DNA of 59,069 nt from Girardia tigrina (Eukaryota), in the NCBI GenBank assembly GCA_001938485.1, contig MQRK01216237.1, forward strand, positions 1 through 59,069. The letters run 5' to 3'. The notes below the pieces were generated by a model, which had not been told where the DNA came from, did no database searches, and worked only from the letters and a program-made list of their open reading frames with translations. A program made the translations under genes and the position numbers. Of this stretch, positions 13,301 through 27,900 are shown piece by piece. Position 1 is the stretch's first letter. The number at the start of each line of letters is the position of its first letter.

Positions 13301-16300
13301 TTACATCTAAATATAGTTGTAAAGAAATATTATATCATCTTACAACTTCACGCTTTGCTTAATTAAAACTAAAATGGTCCATAGTTGGTTAAGTAAGAAA
13401 ATTGTGTTTTGCATAAGGAAGGATGAATTTAAATTGGCGTAAACTATTTTTCGGAACTTTATGTTGCAATTTTTCTATCATAAGCATTCCTGGAGCTGAT
13501 CATAAAAGAAGTTATATAATTAATTTTGATTTTGTTTGAAGAATGAGGACCATGCATGGATGGATTTAAAAAGGAAAATTATTTTATCTGAGTGGTTCGT
13601 AAACATTTAAGCAAGATACTACCAGAAATTGACCAAATTGAGTAACTTGTTATCATTACAATTTTGAAGATTAAACTACTTCCATAAACATCTTTGGTTA
13701 AAGGTATACTTGTACGTTATTGAAATGTACAGCCTCTTAATTGTACTATTTGTTAGGCATCACATTAAAATGATATTCAGTCAAACCTATTTATTTACCA
13801 CGCTCCCAAATTTACCATATTTTTTTGCATATCAGGCTTGTTTAAGATTTAAAAAAATATATTTTTTGTTTTTAACTTTTCCATAAAAAAGTAATATTAG
13901 AGTTTAAAAAAACTTAATAAAAAAATTGAAATAAAAAATAATTACCAAAGATAAATTTGCTTTGGCTCCGTTGTTTAAATGAAACAACAAAAATAAAAAT
14001 GGAATTTAAAAATTTGAATTTGGAATTTTGTGATAAAAATAAAGTTTTTGAAAACTAAATGTTTTCGTTATTTGGAATGATTGATGCCGAGTGGTTCCGT
14101 GGAAAAATCGTGATTGGCGCCAAATATTTCGGCGGACAATCATGATTTTTGCCGTGTGTTTCGACAGACAAATTGCGATTACTGCCGAGCGGTTCGGCGC
14201 GGAAATGCTGTCGGATGGTCCGACACTCGGATTGCTTTCAAGGGAATGGCCTGCTCGCAAAAAGAAACAAGGCTTTTTTAGCAATATATATAATACCTCT
14301 ATTATATTTCAAATCTCTATAATTTACCATTAAAAAAATGTTTTGTGATATAGTAACTTTTTATATTAAATTTAACTACTAAAATTTAATTTGTTTTTAT
14401 TTTTGATAAAATTGTTTAGATATTATTTTTTATAGGTTTCCATAGAGAAGAAGTACAATTTATCTTAATTTATCAACAATTTATATTAATTTTAGAATAC
14501 AAAAAATATTGAAACGTTTTTATTTGACGAACAAATGTCTAAAAATTCAAAAAAATAACTGATTATTTTAAATAAATCTTATTTGGATTTTAAATAAAGA
14601 TTATTTGGATTTCTTCGTCTTTTGTACTCTTATAATATATTATTAAGTTAAAAAATAAAGATGATATTAATTTTTAATAATTGTCCATTTCACAAACTGG
14701 TATATACACCAAAATATATAAAAATTATAATTTACAATTCTATGTATATTACATATCCAATAACTATAAACTCAATAACTACATAACTCAACCAATAACA
14801 TAACCAAACTCTATAATTTATCACCCACTCAAATTTACCACCTTTTTCCAATCCCGGAAATTCTCAATATTTTACCCTTAACTAAAGATTTTAGCTTTCT
14901 GTTTACTGATAAAATCTGACTTTAACTTTCATGATTCCTAAACAAAACTTACACTAAAAAGTATTCTTTCCTTAAATACAAAAACCACTTTGACTGATAC
15001 ATCAGTAAACAGGAAAATATTGTTGTAAGGAAGTTAAATTGTCAAATAACAACTGTAGACTTAACAAATGCGACATCCTTTTCTGTTGCTGAACATTTCA
15101 ATTATTATAGAAAATGTTAACAATTTTTGTAAACTGTTGTATACTTTAAAAAATCTTTTGTACGAACAAAGTTGTAATAACAAATTTTAAAATATTAAAA
15201 ATATTGAAAGCAAATAAATGGCTTTTCTTAAGAACTAAAGCATCAGAAAATTCAAAACCTTTTCTGTGTTAATTAAAGAGAGAGTTTATCGAAAGAAAGA
15301 ACATCTGATTTTTTGTTCATTCCAGAACATTGCAATAGATTGATTGAGATCAACATCCGGATCCCTATGTCAAAATATAGCATCAGAACAGGGAATGTAA
15401 ATTTATGGAACTAAACTTCACAATAGGTCTTGTTTTATAATCGAATTTTATTATCTCACCAAAATTTTTGTTACAAGTTATAGTGGTCTAAATTCATATT
15501 TGCTTAGATTTTTAAATGTAATTTTCTTTTTGTCTCTATCTCTAACTGTTTTCTGTATATGAACAATCTTCATGTTTGCTTATACGATTCGGAGGTCAAT
15601 GGGGCGGCTATAGAACTCCGAAGTTATTTATTCTGTATAACCCAGAAAAGAGTCGACCATTGAAAATTACGTGACCATGCTTTTACTAAAATCCGATGAA
15701 TCATTATAAAAAATTACAAGTTATCTTTTCGTTTATTGATTTAGTTTTCCTGGGTTATTTTTATTCGTCATTTAAATTTAAATATTAATCTTTTTTTCAA
15801 TATTAACAATTAACACCAATATACCAAACAATCAATTATTTAGAAAAATGGTAATTATTAAACAAATATTTGTTCAAATTTACTTTATCTTAATGGTTAA
15901 ATAAATTTTGCAAATTTTAATTTCTAATAATAAAAAAAATAAAAATAATAATAATAATAATAATAATAGTAAGAAAATCAGTCATCTGCAATAAAATTTA
16001 TTAAATAATTCAAAAATGTGACAAGCAATTAAATAATCAAATTATTATTAAAAGAACGTTTTATCTAACTTCCATCTCCATTAGAATTTAGGATGCGCTT
16101 CAACCATTCAATTCTTCTTGGTTTTGGATTTCCTGGAAAATCAATCAAGACTTGATGTGGACTTAGAAATTCAAGAATTTGAAAAGGACCATCATATCTG
16201 TTNNNNNNNNNNNNNNNNNNNNNNNNNNNNNNNNNNNNNNNNNNNNNNNNNNCGATCTGAAAATCTCTATGGCCTCTTCTGCTTGCTTCTAAGTTTCGAA

Positions 16301-19300
16301 GTTTGTCTGCCGCCTTTCCTGATTCAAATTTTGTTTTCAAAATTATTCTCTCATGATCAGTACTGCTTGATGGTGGTAACCCATGTAAAATAACTTTCCT
16401 CTCAAACACAATTTAAAACGGTGAAAGTTTAGTTGAGCTCTGATATGTTGCGTTTATTGAAAACTCTATTTTTGGAATCATCTTCTCCCACGCTATTTTT
16501 TCTTTCTTATTCTTCAAAGATGTAATCAACATATCTCGTACAGTTCGAATGGCTCGCTCTGCTAATCCATTTGCTTGATGTTGATACGGAGAAGTAAATT
16601 CTTGTTTAATTCCAATTTTTTCTGTTAGTTTCCTTAAAATAGATCCTTCAAATACTCGGCCTCGGTCTGACAATGTAGATTTAGGCTTCCAAAACTTGTA
16701 AAGCCAGTGATCTTTTATAGCTTCTGCAACACTCAATTCATCTTGTTTGTTCAAAGGTACAAGACTCACTAGTTTGCTGAAAAGGTCTATCATCACAAGT
16801 AAATATTTGTATCTGGATTTGAATTCTGAGAAGTATGCTAAATCAATTATCATTTGTTCCAGCAGCCCAAAATCTTCTCGTGGTATCAATAACTCTTTTG
16901 CGCACCCAGAATATGTTTTCTTTTTGCACAGATTTCACATCTCTGTACCATGAGTTCGATAGTTTTACTCATGTTTGGCCAATAATAGCTTTCCTGAATA
17001 TATTCAACTAACTTTTTGCTTCCCAGATGACACAACTCCTCGTGAATATACTGGGTTAACTTCTCTGCATAATTTTCTGGGACTAATATCTGTAGTAAAA
17101 TACATTTATAATATCTGTAAATACAGTATAAACTCCTTAACCGCCAGCAATTCTTTTCTAGTTACACAATAACCTTTTTTGTGGTCATTTATAGTTCTAG
17201 ATGCAAATGCAATTATTTTCTCGTTCCCAATATTATCATTTTGACTCAAAACTGCGCCGATAGCTCTAAAGCTTGCATCCGTGTCTAAAATCATTGTTTT
17301 CTTCATACCCGGATATGCTAATATTGGAGCTGTTCCCATTCACTCTTCAACTTATTAAAACTCGTCTCGCAATCTTCCGTCCAGTGATTTCTTTTCTCTT
17401 TTTCACTCAGGATAGCATACAATGGTGCGTTAATTAATGCGTAATCTTTAATGAACCGCCGATAATAGTTTGCTAACTCTAATAATGACCTCAGCTATGT
17501 AATACATCCTGGGCTTGGAGCTTGCATAATCTTTTTGATTTTATCATCGTTCGTTTCAACGCCCTTGTTGCTGATTGTGTGTCCAAAAAACTTAAGTCTT
17601 CTGGTTCCAAAAACACATTTATCTGGGTTTGTCATCAAACCAGATTTCCTAATTATTGTAAACACTTGTTCTAATATACTTAAATGGTCTTCCTCATTCT
17701 TAGCATAAATTAATATATCATCTAAATATACAATAACTCCTTTATAAAGCAAATCCTTAAACAATAAATTCATAAGGCTCTGGAAAGTTGCTGGAGCTGT
17801 GCATAATCCAAACGGTAAGCGATTGAAACAAAATTGACCGATTTTAGTACTAAAAGCTGTTTTTAATTTTGATGCTTTATCCAGGTCCACCTGATAGTAC
17901 GTTTGGCCTAAATCAATGGACGAAAAAAATTACTGACCCCCCTAAAGTATCCAACAATGTGTAGATATCCGGCACAGGAAATGTAAATTTCTCCGTAACA
18001 TTATTCAGTCGTCTAAAATCTAAGCACATTCTGATGGATTCATCTTTTTTCGGTACAATAACCAGAGGAGAATTCCAAGGACTCTTACATGACTTAATAA
18101 TATTAGCTTTTAATAGATCAACAATTCAAAAATGTGACAAGCAATTACATAATCAAATAATTATTAAAACAACGTTTTATCTAACTATAATAATAGCATT
18201 AATAATAATAATAAATCTCAAAATTATTTCAAACATTTTTATAATTTAAAAAAATAAGAAAAAACATTGTGTAATAAATGAAAATTAATTTTATAATTTC
18301 AAAAATTTATAAAATATTTTTTTCAAGAAAAAACAAATATTTTCTAACCAAAAACATAAAACTTATTTAATTTTTATTTTTTAAAAAATAAAACAAAAAA
18401 TAGTTTTCATAAGAATATATTACCGGTATATAATTATTCGATCATTAAATTTTGCAAATAATATTAAAAAAACTCATTTTTTATAAAAATTTAGAAAATT
18501 TATTTTTTCTTTTATGTAACGGAAATTGTTTTTTTTACAAATTTTGAGTCAAATAAATTAAGATTGAAAATATTTAGAAAACTTTATAATAAAGTTTTTT
18601 CAAATTATTTTTGAAAGTCTTTTTTGTTGGTTTTGGTTGCAACTTATTGATAAAATAATATGCCTAATATACCGATTTTCTTAATTCAAATTTATAAATT
18701 TTCTTTCAAATTCTGATCTTGGTTTTTAATTTTTTTATCTATTTTTAATAGTGTTTCTACAAGGTGCAGACTGAAATCTTCGCCTCAGTGTAAAGACAGA
18801 TTTTAACCAAGGGCCACATCACTCAGATAACCTTCATCAGTCTCTCCTACAAAGGATTAAAAAATAATTTTTGATAGTTTTATAATACTTTTTAGATTAT
18901 TTTTTTTCAGATTTCTACGGGTAAATTTTGTTAGACTCTCGTAAATATAAATAATAATTATAAGTAGAGAGATTTTGCAAATGCCTGTGCATGATTGGGG
19001 GCACTCACGGCCCAACGGCTAAAATGAAAAAGAAGAAGCAACACATTCTATCAGTTCTGAAAATTTTAAAGTTCGGTTTAGTGTTTGACTACACTTGGCT
19101 TTTTTATAATAAATATTGTACAGAAATAATTTCGTACATTTGCCATTATTCAGGAAAGGTTGCGTATTCTTAGAGATACAAAATAAAAATTATGGAAATA
19201 AAGTAATAGAATTAAAACAGCGGTTATTTATACCTCAACAAAATAAATTTGAATCGGTCGTCCATAACAAATGAAAATGTCTTCGTGAATGTTTTTTAGA

Positions 19301-21863
19301 ATATTGTTTTTTTTGTAATTACAAACCTCATATATCGTTAATACTCCCAACAAACCCTTCATCTTATTATGCGATATCAATGTCACAACCATATAAAGAA
19401 CCAAGCCTAAACAATATTTGGGAACTTAATAACTCTTCCTTAATTTTATATTTTGGAGGGAAATATTTTTCACAAATATGGCTGTCTCGTGATGAGGATA
19501 CTAATGTCAAGGTCCGTGTCTGAATATTTTTTTATTTAGAGCAATGTAAAAACAAACTTGATGAAAGAACGTAAGAGAAAAAATAATCTAATTCAAGAAG
19601 AAGAACTAGAAGAATGTATGATATATAAACAAAGTACATCATTTGATTCCATTGGAAACTTGCATTTATTAACAATCTGGCTTTAATATCCTAAAAGTTA
19701 ATTGGTTTTAATAATTTCTTGAAAATTTATTTTCCTTCAATTCTCAAATCGAAAGGAAATCTAAAATGAATTGAGGATTTATTTGCAATTAATTTACAGT
19801 AATCTACCAAAAGTCCACAAAGCTTTTAGAACATTTTGTGTACACAGTATAAATACACCAAGAACGCCATTCTAATAATCTTTAGTCGTTCTTAAGCCCG
19901 GTAATTTAGGATTTTTGATGTAAATATATTTTATGCAGATTCAAATTTTTTTTATGTTAGTTTGAATTAACAAAGAGATTTTAATATTATTTATTATCTA
20001 AATATTGGGTTGTTCGGAATGTCCTTTCGTTTTTTGTATTAAAGTAAAAGATAAATTTTTATGACGAATAAATATTTTATTGAAATACATATTGACCTTT
20101 GTGGTCCAATACCTTCTTCCATCTTCCTGGCAATGACATGATTCCACGTTCATAAAATATTTGTTCTTTGCTGCTAAAAATCTTTTCCTGGTGATTTTTA
20201 ACATCTTCATTTGATCCAAAAGTGTTACCATCTAAATAATTTTCTCGAGACAGGAACAAATGATAATCAGAAGGTGCGAGGTCTGCAGAATATTGTGGGT
20301 GAGGCATGATGTTCCATTCAAGCTGTAAAAGCTTTTGGCTATTTACCAAACTTGTATGATGTTTGGCATTATCTTGGTGAAACACTACACCTTTTCTATT
20401 GATCAATTCTGGCCTTTTGTGTTTAAGGGATTCATTTAATTTGTCCAGCTAATGACAGTAGACGTCCGAATTGATCGTAGTTTTGTCCGGAAGAAGCTCA
20501 TAAAATACGATTCCTTTGAAATCCCACCAAACAGATAGCATCACTTTTTTTGATGAATGTCAGCTTTTGAAGTGCTTTGAGCAGGATGATCTTTTTTGCT
20601 CAAAGATCTCTTGCGTTTTACATTATTGTAGACTACCCATTTCTCATCTGCAGTGACAATGCGCTTCAAAAATCGATCATTTTCTTGACGTTTGAGAAGC
20701 ATATCGCAGATGTCTAAGCGACAGCATAAATTTTGTTCGGTAAGATTATGAGGAATCCATTTGTCGAGTTTTGATGTAAAACCTAGGCGCTTCAAATGAT
20801 CATGGACGGTCGAATTAGATAAATGTAATGTCTGGGCAATTTCGCGAGTTGTTATCCGCCGGTTTGAATTAATCAATATTATGTCTTCGTCGGCCTCAAC
20901 GGGCCTTCCGGGATGTGAAGAATCTTCAACATCAAAATTTCCGGATATAAATTTTTTAAACCAGTTTTGACATTGGTGTTCTGTTAACCCATCTTTTCCA
21001 CACACTTCGCATAATTTTCTTCTTGCTTGTACAGCATTTTTACCTTTTCGGAAGTAAAAAAGTAATACATGCCGTAAATGCTGATTCTTGCTTTCCATCT
21101 TTGATAGGTCAAAAATCAAACATAAATGTTTTTAATTATTCCAAAATTTTCCAAATCTAACCTTGATTACCATCTGCTAAAATAAATAATATAGTCAATG
21201 ATTATTAATGATTATTAATATAAAAAATACATTTAAAACAAGTATTAAAAAAAACGAAATGACTCCGAACAACCCAATACATATGGTGCCCTTGATAATT
21301 TAACTATAATTTACTTTTCAAAATACTTTATTTAAAATTATGTTAAAAAACATTTATGTGAATTCTAGATAAAAAATATTTTACTGAAAATTAAATTAAA
21401 ATCAATATATAAATTAAAATATTATATTTTGTTAAAAAACACACAATTTGTTAAACTGAAAAAAACAACTTATCATTTTGAAGAACGAAACATATGATTT
21501 TAAACCAACTTAAAAATCTGGGATTGATTTTCAGAACAGACAAGAGACTACGCGTTGAAGATCACACTGAAAGAAACGTTCTCTTCGTGGGGACCAACCG
21601 GGACATTATCCACTAGTATTATCCACGACGGGGGTTGATGGCTAGGATAGGATGCTGGAGTTAATACCAGCAATTGGAGATGCTGTGGTTGAACAGAAGA
21701 GCTGTACTCGCAGATATAGCACATCACGGTACTGGCTCATTATGGGAGGAATGATCGCGGAAACAGAGCAACTCTCTGGCCTAGATACGACGTCCAATCA
21801 GGGTTTTCGAATCATAGGATCCTTTGCGGTTAAGCGCCAAGATCACAACAGATTTCAGCGATC

Positions 21864-21927
<64 letters not shown>

Positions 21928-24900
21928 ATGCAAGGGCAATAAATCATTGATTTATTATTCAAATGAGATTATTAAAATCTTAGAAGAAGAATAAAAAGAT
22001 TATTATAAAGATTTTGGAAATGCCGAAACAATCGTCAACAAAATATTGTATTGTAAAGTGACGCAATTTTTTTTACTTAAAAGTCTTTGAAATGTCTTCA
22101 CATTTATTTTCAAAATAACTTTTTTGTTTGAACGGTCATTTGCAGTTTATGCGTATTGTTTATTTGTAACAAAACTTAAATGATGAATTATATATAGTTA
22201 ATTTAATTACTCAAAAAGAATATAAGTCGATTTTCCCTATCTTTTTTAGAAAACTCATTTTAGAAATGTCATTACTTTTAATAAAGTTAAAGAATTTAAA
22301 TATTGAATATTTGGAAAATGTAAAGAAGTTTCACCAAAGAAATATTAATTGTAAGTAACTGAAAACTAACCAATTTTAAATATCCGGATGTTGTTATGAG
22401 AAGGTTTTCTGGTTTTAAGTCTCGGTATATGATCCCTCTAGAATGAAGATAGTTGAACGCTTCCAGGACGCAACCGAGACAGAATTTCGCAGTCATATCA
22501 TCAAAATGAATTCTAAATGTTAAATATATTTCTAAACGTTTAAAATTAGTAAATCTAATTTCATTCTAAGATTTTATGAAATGACAAATAATGTTATAGT
22601 GCGAACAGGATGAGACTTAGGGAAGCATCAAGTAGGTCGACATAACAAAAAGATTTGGTTTTCATATAATAAATTACAGTTTTATAACATCTATACAGAC
22701 ACGTAACTTTAATAAATCGAGCCCAACAATTAAGTTTAATCACTGTTTATGTCACAAAACCGCCCTGTGCAGATGAAGTAAACATACTTAAATAATGCAA
22801 CAGAAAGTGATGTTACCATGAAGAATTACTTTTCTTTCAATTTAGTGTTAAGAGACCTTCAATTCAAGCCTAGATTGATCTTATTATCATACTCTTTTTA
22901 TCAATTGCGAAATGAACGAAGCAAAAATGTAATTAATACAAATTTCAATTTAACCCTTCGTAACATGGTGTGACACTTCTGTAACAAACCGTTGTAACTC
23001 TTACAGGATCTCTAACTATTAACATATCACATTTTAAATCACTGTTGCATATCTGTTACACAACGGTACATACTCGGTGTATAACAGATACGCAACAGTG
23101 ATTTAAAATGTGATATGTTAATAGTTAGAGATCCTGTAAGAGTTACAATGGTTTGTTACAGAAGTGTCACACCATGTTAAGAAGGATTACAAAAAATAAT
23201 TACAAAGTGAAGAAACTATGATTATATTAAGATCATATACATGACATTGATAAACCAATATTTATAGGGCTCCTTGTTATGATTACAAAAGATTTAAAGA
23301 TTTTAATACTTAAAGGATTAAGTTATCGATGGAAACTCAGTTAAGTCGCGTCGGCATGTTAGAAGGACATATAATGATGAGTACGAATTATCATTTTATA
23401 ACGTCTCAAAGACTTTATTTATTTATAAGCACAAATCATTAACTTTAGACCGGTTAATTTATTATGTTTCAATTTCGAAATTATTTTTAAGATCTCAAAA
23501 GTCGAAGCGATTCTGATGTCACTTGAATATAAAAATACTCTTTAAATTTGTATTATTCCAAACGATACCAATCATGCCTAAAATATAATTTTGCTAAATT
23601 ACAAATAATGGAAATTATTTTTATGTTTCTATTTTAGTTCTTATAATTTTTCACCTACAGAATATCCTAAATTATTCCCCAAACTAAAAAGTTTTCCATC
23701 AGCATCAAAAAGTAAAAGGCGCTTATCGAATACTTTGTAAATATAATATATATCGTTTTCGTTATCGTCTGTTTACAGACGTAACTGATAAAATATTTTC
23801 GTGATTAAGTTACATTAATTTATATATTTGTAAAGTAAATAAGATATGTCATTTAGAAATCTTTTATTACTTAAATATTGTTAGATGTTTTTGGAACGTC
23901 TTCAACGTTGTCGATATTAGAAGCCGACATCAGTTTTCAAATTTTATTAATTCACAAAAAATGCCTAATACTTTTTATTTAAACAAATTTATTTAAAATT
24001 AAATTATTTATTTTTTTTAATTTCTGACGATTATATAATTTCATTAACTTTAACTAAATTGACAAAATTTTATCATGCTTAACATAAACTTATTTAGTTC
24101 TTATTTTTATGTTTAAGTTTAAAATGATACTTTTAATTCAATTATTATTTCAAAAAATTAAAAAAATTATCTAAGAACTCCTAACAAACATAAAACACGT
24201 TTTGCAATTAAAGCATTTTCAGTTATGTGAAAATTGATTATCACAGAATTTATTAATTTATAAAATACTCTAATATGATTGGATAGATCACTTTGTACAT
24301 TTAAGCATCGTCGAGGTACTATAAATTCAGTATTTAAAACTATTGTTCTATATGCAAAATGATTTAAAAAATAATTGATAATCAGAGATCACTTAATTGA
24401 CGTCTCTTATTTACTTTATATTTTAATCATTTGCCATTAAACGTTAATGATTGTTATGAATTACCGTTGTCGAGTTATATACGAAATAGACAACTGTCAA
24501 GGAATCATCTATATTCCCATTGATATATCTATTCAAATAAATATTAAAATTTTATAGACAGGGATATCAGATTTGGATGAAATTTTAAGTCTTAAATTCT
24601 GACTAAGCAGATTGTAAACAAAAAGCCACACTGAGTAAAACAATATACTGTTTAACTTACCTACTCTAGGGGAGTACAATGATATCCAGATTGATTGACG
24701 GTGACCATCAAGGACTGAGATGATTCCTTGACAATGGTCATTTTCTATATAACTCGACAATGGTACATCCTAGAGAAGCTAATTCGGCACTGGGATGACC
24801 GACTTGTGATACCGATTCTTTCTGTACGACATTTGTATTCATTTGTCGTTTCTATTGAATGTTATGCTTAAAAAATCAAAAATTTAATAATTTATATTTG

Positions 24901-27900
24901 CTTCGAAATCAACGTGACCAGTACCGAATGACAGACCTAAACTAATTTATCCCTGTAGTGAATTAAAAAAAAATCAAATCAAAATATTTTTTTTAAATAA
25001 CAAAAAAACGATTAAAAAATAAAATTGTGAACGTAGTGATCGAAATGTAAAAATAAAAATTCGAGCGAAAAAAAATTAGCAAATTATATCAAAAAATACA
25101 CTTGTTTAAATAAGCTCAATATTTACAAAACTCGAACTACATAATCAAAAAAAAACAGTTAAACTCTAATCATGTCCGACTGTGAAACCGAGACATTCGC
25201 CTTTCTGGCCGAAATCGCCCAGTTGATGAGTCTAATCATCAACACTTTCTACTCTAACAAAGAGATTTTCCTTCGGGGATTGATCTCCAATTCCAGCGAT
25301 GCGCTTGACGAAATCCGTTACAAAAGCTTGACGGATCAATCCGTGTCCGTCACCGCAAAAGACCCAATGATCAAAATCATCCCGGACCAAGATGCTGACA
25401 CTCTCACTCTCATCGACACAGGAATCGGCATGACGAAAGCCGAGCTCATCTACAATCTTGGAACGATCGCTAGATCTGGAACCATAGCATTTATGGAGGC
25501 GCCGCAAGCCGGTGCCGACATCTCGATGATCGGTCAATTCGGTGTCGGTTTCTACCCACCGTATCAGGTCGCCGACAAAGTTCAAGTGATTTCCAAGGGC
25601 AACGACGGCGAGCGGCATCTGTGGGAACCATCCGCGGGCGTTTCGTCCACCGTCAAATTCGACAACAGCGACCCGATCGTCCGAGGAACGAAAGACATTT
25701 TATGCATGAAAGAAGACCAAATCGAATATCTAGAAGAACGGAAAACCAAATACGATGGGCCTTTTGGGCGTGATGGTTGCCCCTCTGTTCGAAAATCCGC
25801 CATCCCAACTCGGTTGGTTGAACGATTCGCCTCGTCGCTTTTTTTCCTTTTACATTCAGGAACGTGTTATCGAGCGAGAGAATAGTTGCCCGTTCTCCGA
25901 CGGCCACAGAGAGCTGGACTATCTTCTCGCATCAATGTGGGAACAGACGGAAGTTCCGCGCTCGAGGCGTGCTTCCGCCAACGTCGATCCGACAACGGGG
26001 TCATCGCCTCATCTTACCGCGATCGCCGCTCGAAGCCTCACGTCGGTGTCTGGAGCAACTGCCTCATTGAACTTTTCAATCCCAGCGATATATTTATGTA
26101 ATCACTGGGATATATCTTTAAGATAAATAGTTAGATCTAATTCCAAAATGAAAACATTATGTTTTTTAATTTTAGAATCTTTATTAGATGTTATTAAACT
26201 TGTTTTATAGTAAACTTCACAGGGATGTAAAAAACATTTGTTCAAAGTTTGGTTACAATCAGTGTAATAGTTTCTAAGTATATTTGAGACATCACATATA
26301 CCTACATATTCACATATGATGATGGTACAAAGATTTTGCAACTTTTAGGTTGTTAATGAAGTCAATTTGATCAAAATAAGCATCATTAGAATCAGTTAAT
26401 CTTTCCCAACGAGTCACAAACGATGTATTCCATCAGTAAAAATTTTGGTGATTGGGATTCAATGAAGTCGACGAATTCTCATTTTGCTTCGTTCTGATTG
26501 GTGAAGATCTTACCATGGATAAAGTTATCAAGATACTTGAAAAAATAATAATTCGTTAGTGAAAGGTCTGGAAAGCATGATGGATGAAGGAGAAGCTCAA
26601 TCTCTAAAATGTAAAATTTTTGTACAATGTTCCGTAAAATGTGTGATCTGTCGGTGTCCTGCAAGATGATTTGGACTCTCCAATTATGTTTACATAATTT
26701 TTTAAAACATATTATTAATTTTGAGACACTATCACTCTGCTGTAATAATTTGACCCGTTTCAAAAAAGTTTTAAGAGATATTACCTCCCACAGATCACCA
26801 TACTGTATATAATAATTGTGAGGAATGTTTTGAATTGTGTGTTGATATTGTGCATGTTGTATGTTGATTCGAATTGTGCCTCTCCTACACAGATGGATGA
26901 TTGGTATTTTCTTTGATTCCTACTAATTAAAAATAATTTAATTTAATTTTAAAGTAAAAAGATTTAAAATAATTTTTGAATGTATTACTTAATTTTTAAT
27001 CTAATTTAAAATTTTAATATATTAATTTAATATGTACTTTTTAAAAAATGTTTAGATTTAATTTTAACCAATTAGATTCTTTATAATTAATAATTTTTAT
27101 TAAAAGATTTTTATTTATTGAAAATAATTAGTATGAATCCAGAAATATATTGATCAAGAAAAATGTCAAATAGTGAATGCGCTTGTGATATTAATAAATG
27201 TTGTAAAACTCATTTGGATGTTGTTAATAATAATATCGAACAAACCATGTATATAATAAAAAAATGAAAAAAATAAGTGACTTGACTATAAATAAAATGA
27301 TTGAATTATCATTAGCATATAATGATCGAGAACTCAACTATGTGATTAAAATAAGTATTTAAACATATGTTATAGTCTGAGACCAATCGACTTCAACCAG
27401 GACTCTCATTTCTTTATCCTGGATTACTGCAGGTCAATCGGAACGTAGTGCATCTTCAAGACCAAAATATGTGGAACAAAATTATTGGAGCTAACATAAC
27501 ACGGTGGTTTTGTTGACACTTATTTTGGTTGCTTTGAGCCTTTGGAAATAGTTTTTGGGGCTCGTCTTTGTCCCGCAACTGGCCAGAACGCTCCACGTTA
27601 TCGTACAGAATCCTCTTTTAATTACAGCTAACAATGCGGTCTAAAAACTTGATAACTAATATTCACTCCAATGGCAACATGACCTGTACCGAATTAAAGA
27701 CCACTATTCTTGCGGAAAATTAGTAAAGAAGAAACTTAAAAACGTGAAATTTTTGATGATCTTCCAAGATCGTGAGGAATTCATTTTTCAATATTAGTCA
27801 AATTCTCAGTTATATTCGAAGCATCTTCAACTACATGGCGACAAACATTAAGTTTTCTTCCGCGATACTATGAACTGTCTGAGACCAATCGGTTTCAACC

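Noticed and set aside
18800-18850. CTGATGA on the minus strand
   Set aside because: No stem II followed by GAAA; chance match.
21520-21865. GC-richer segment ending at (TA)n, possibly a LINE 3' end
   Set aside because: No diagnostic motif recognised.
25755-26100. Faint resemblance of a minus-strand frame to an FAD-dependent oxidoreductase or an hAT dimerisation region
   Set aside because: Similarity too weak to support by eye; left unassigned.
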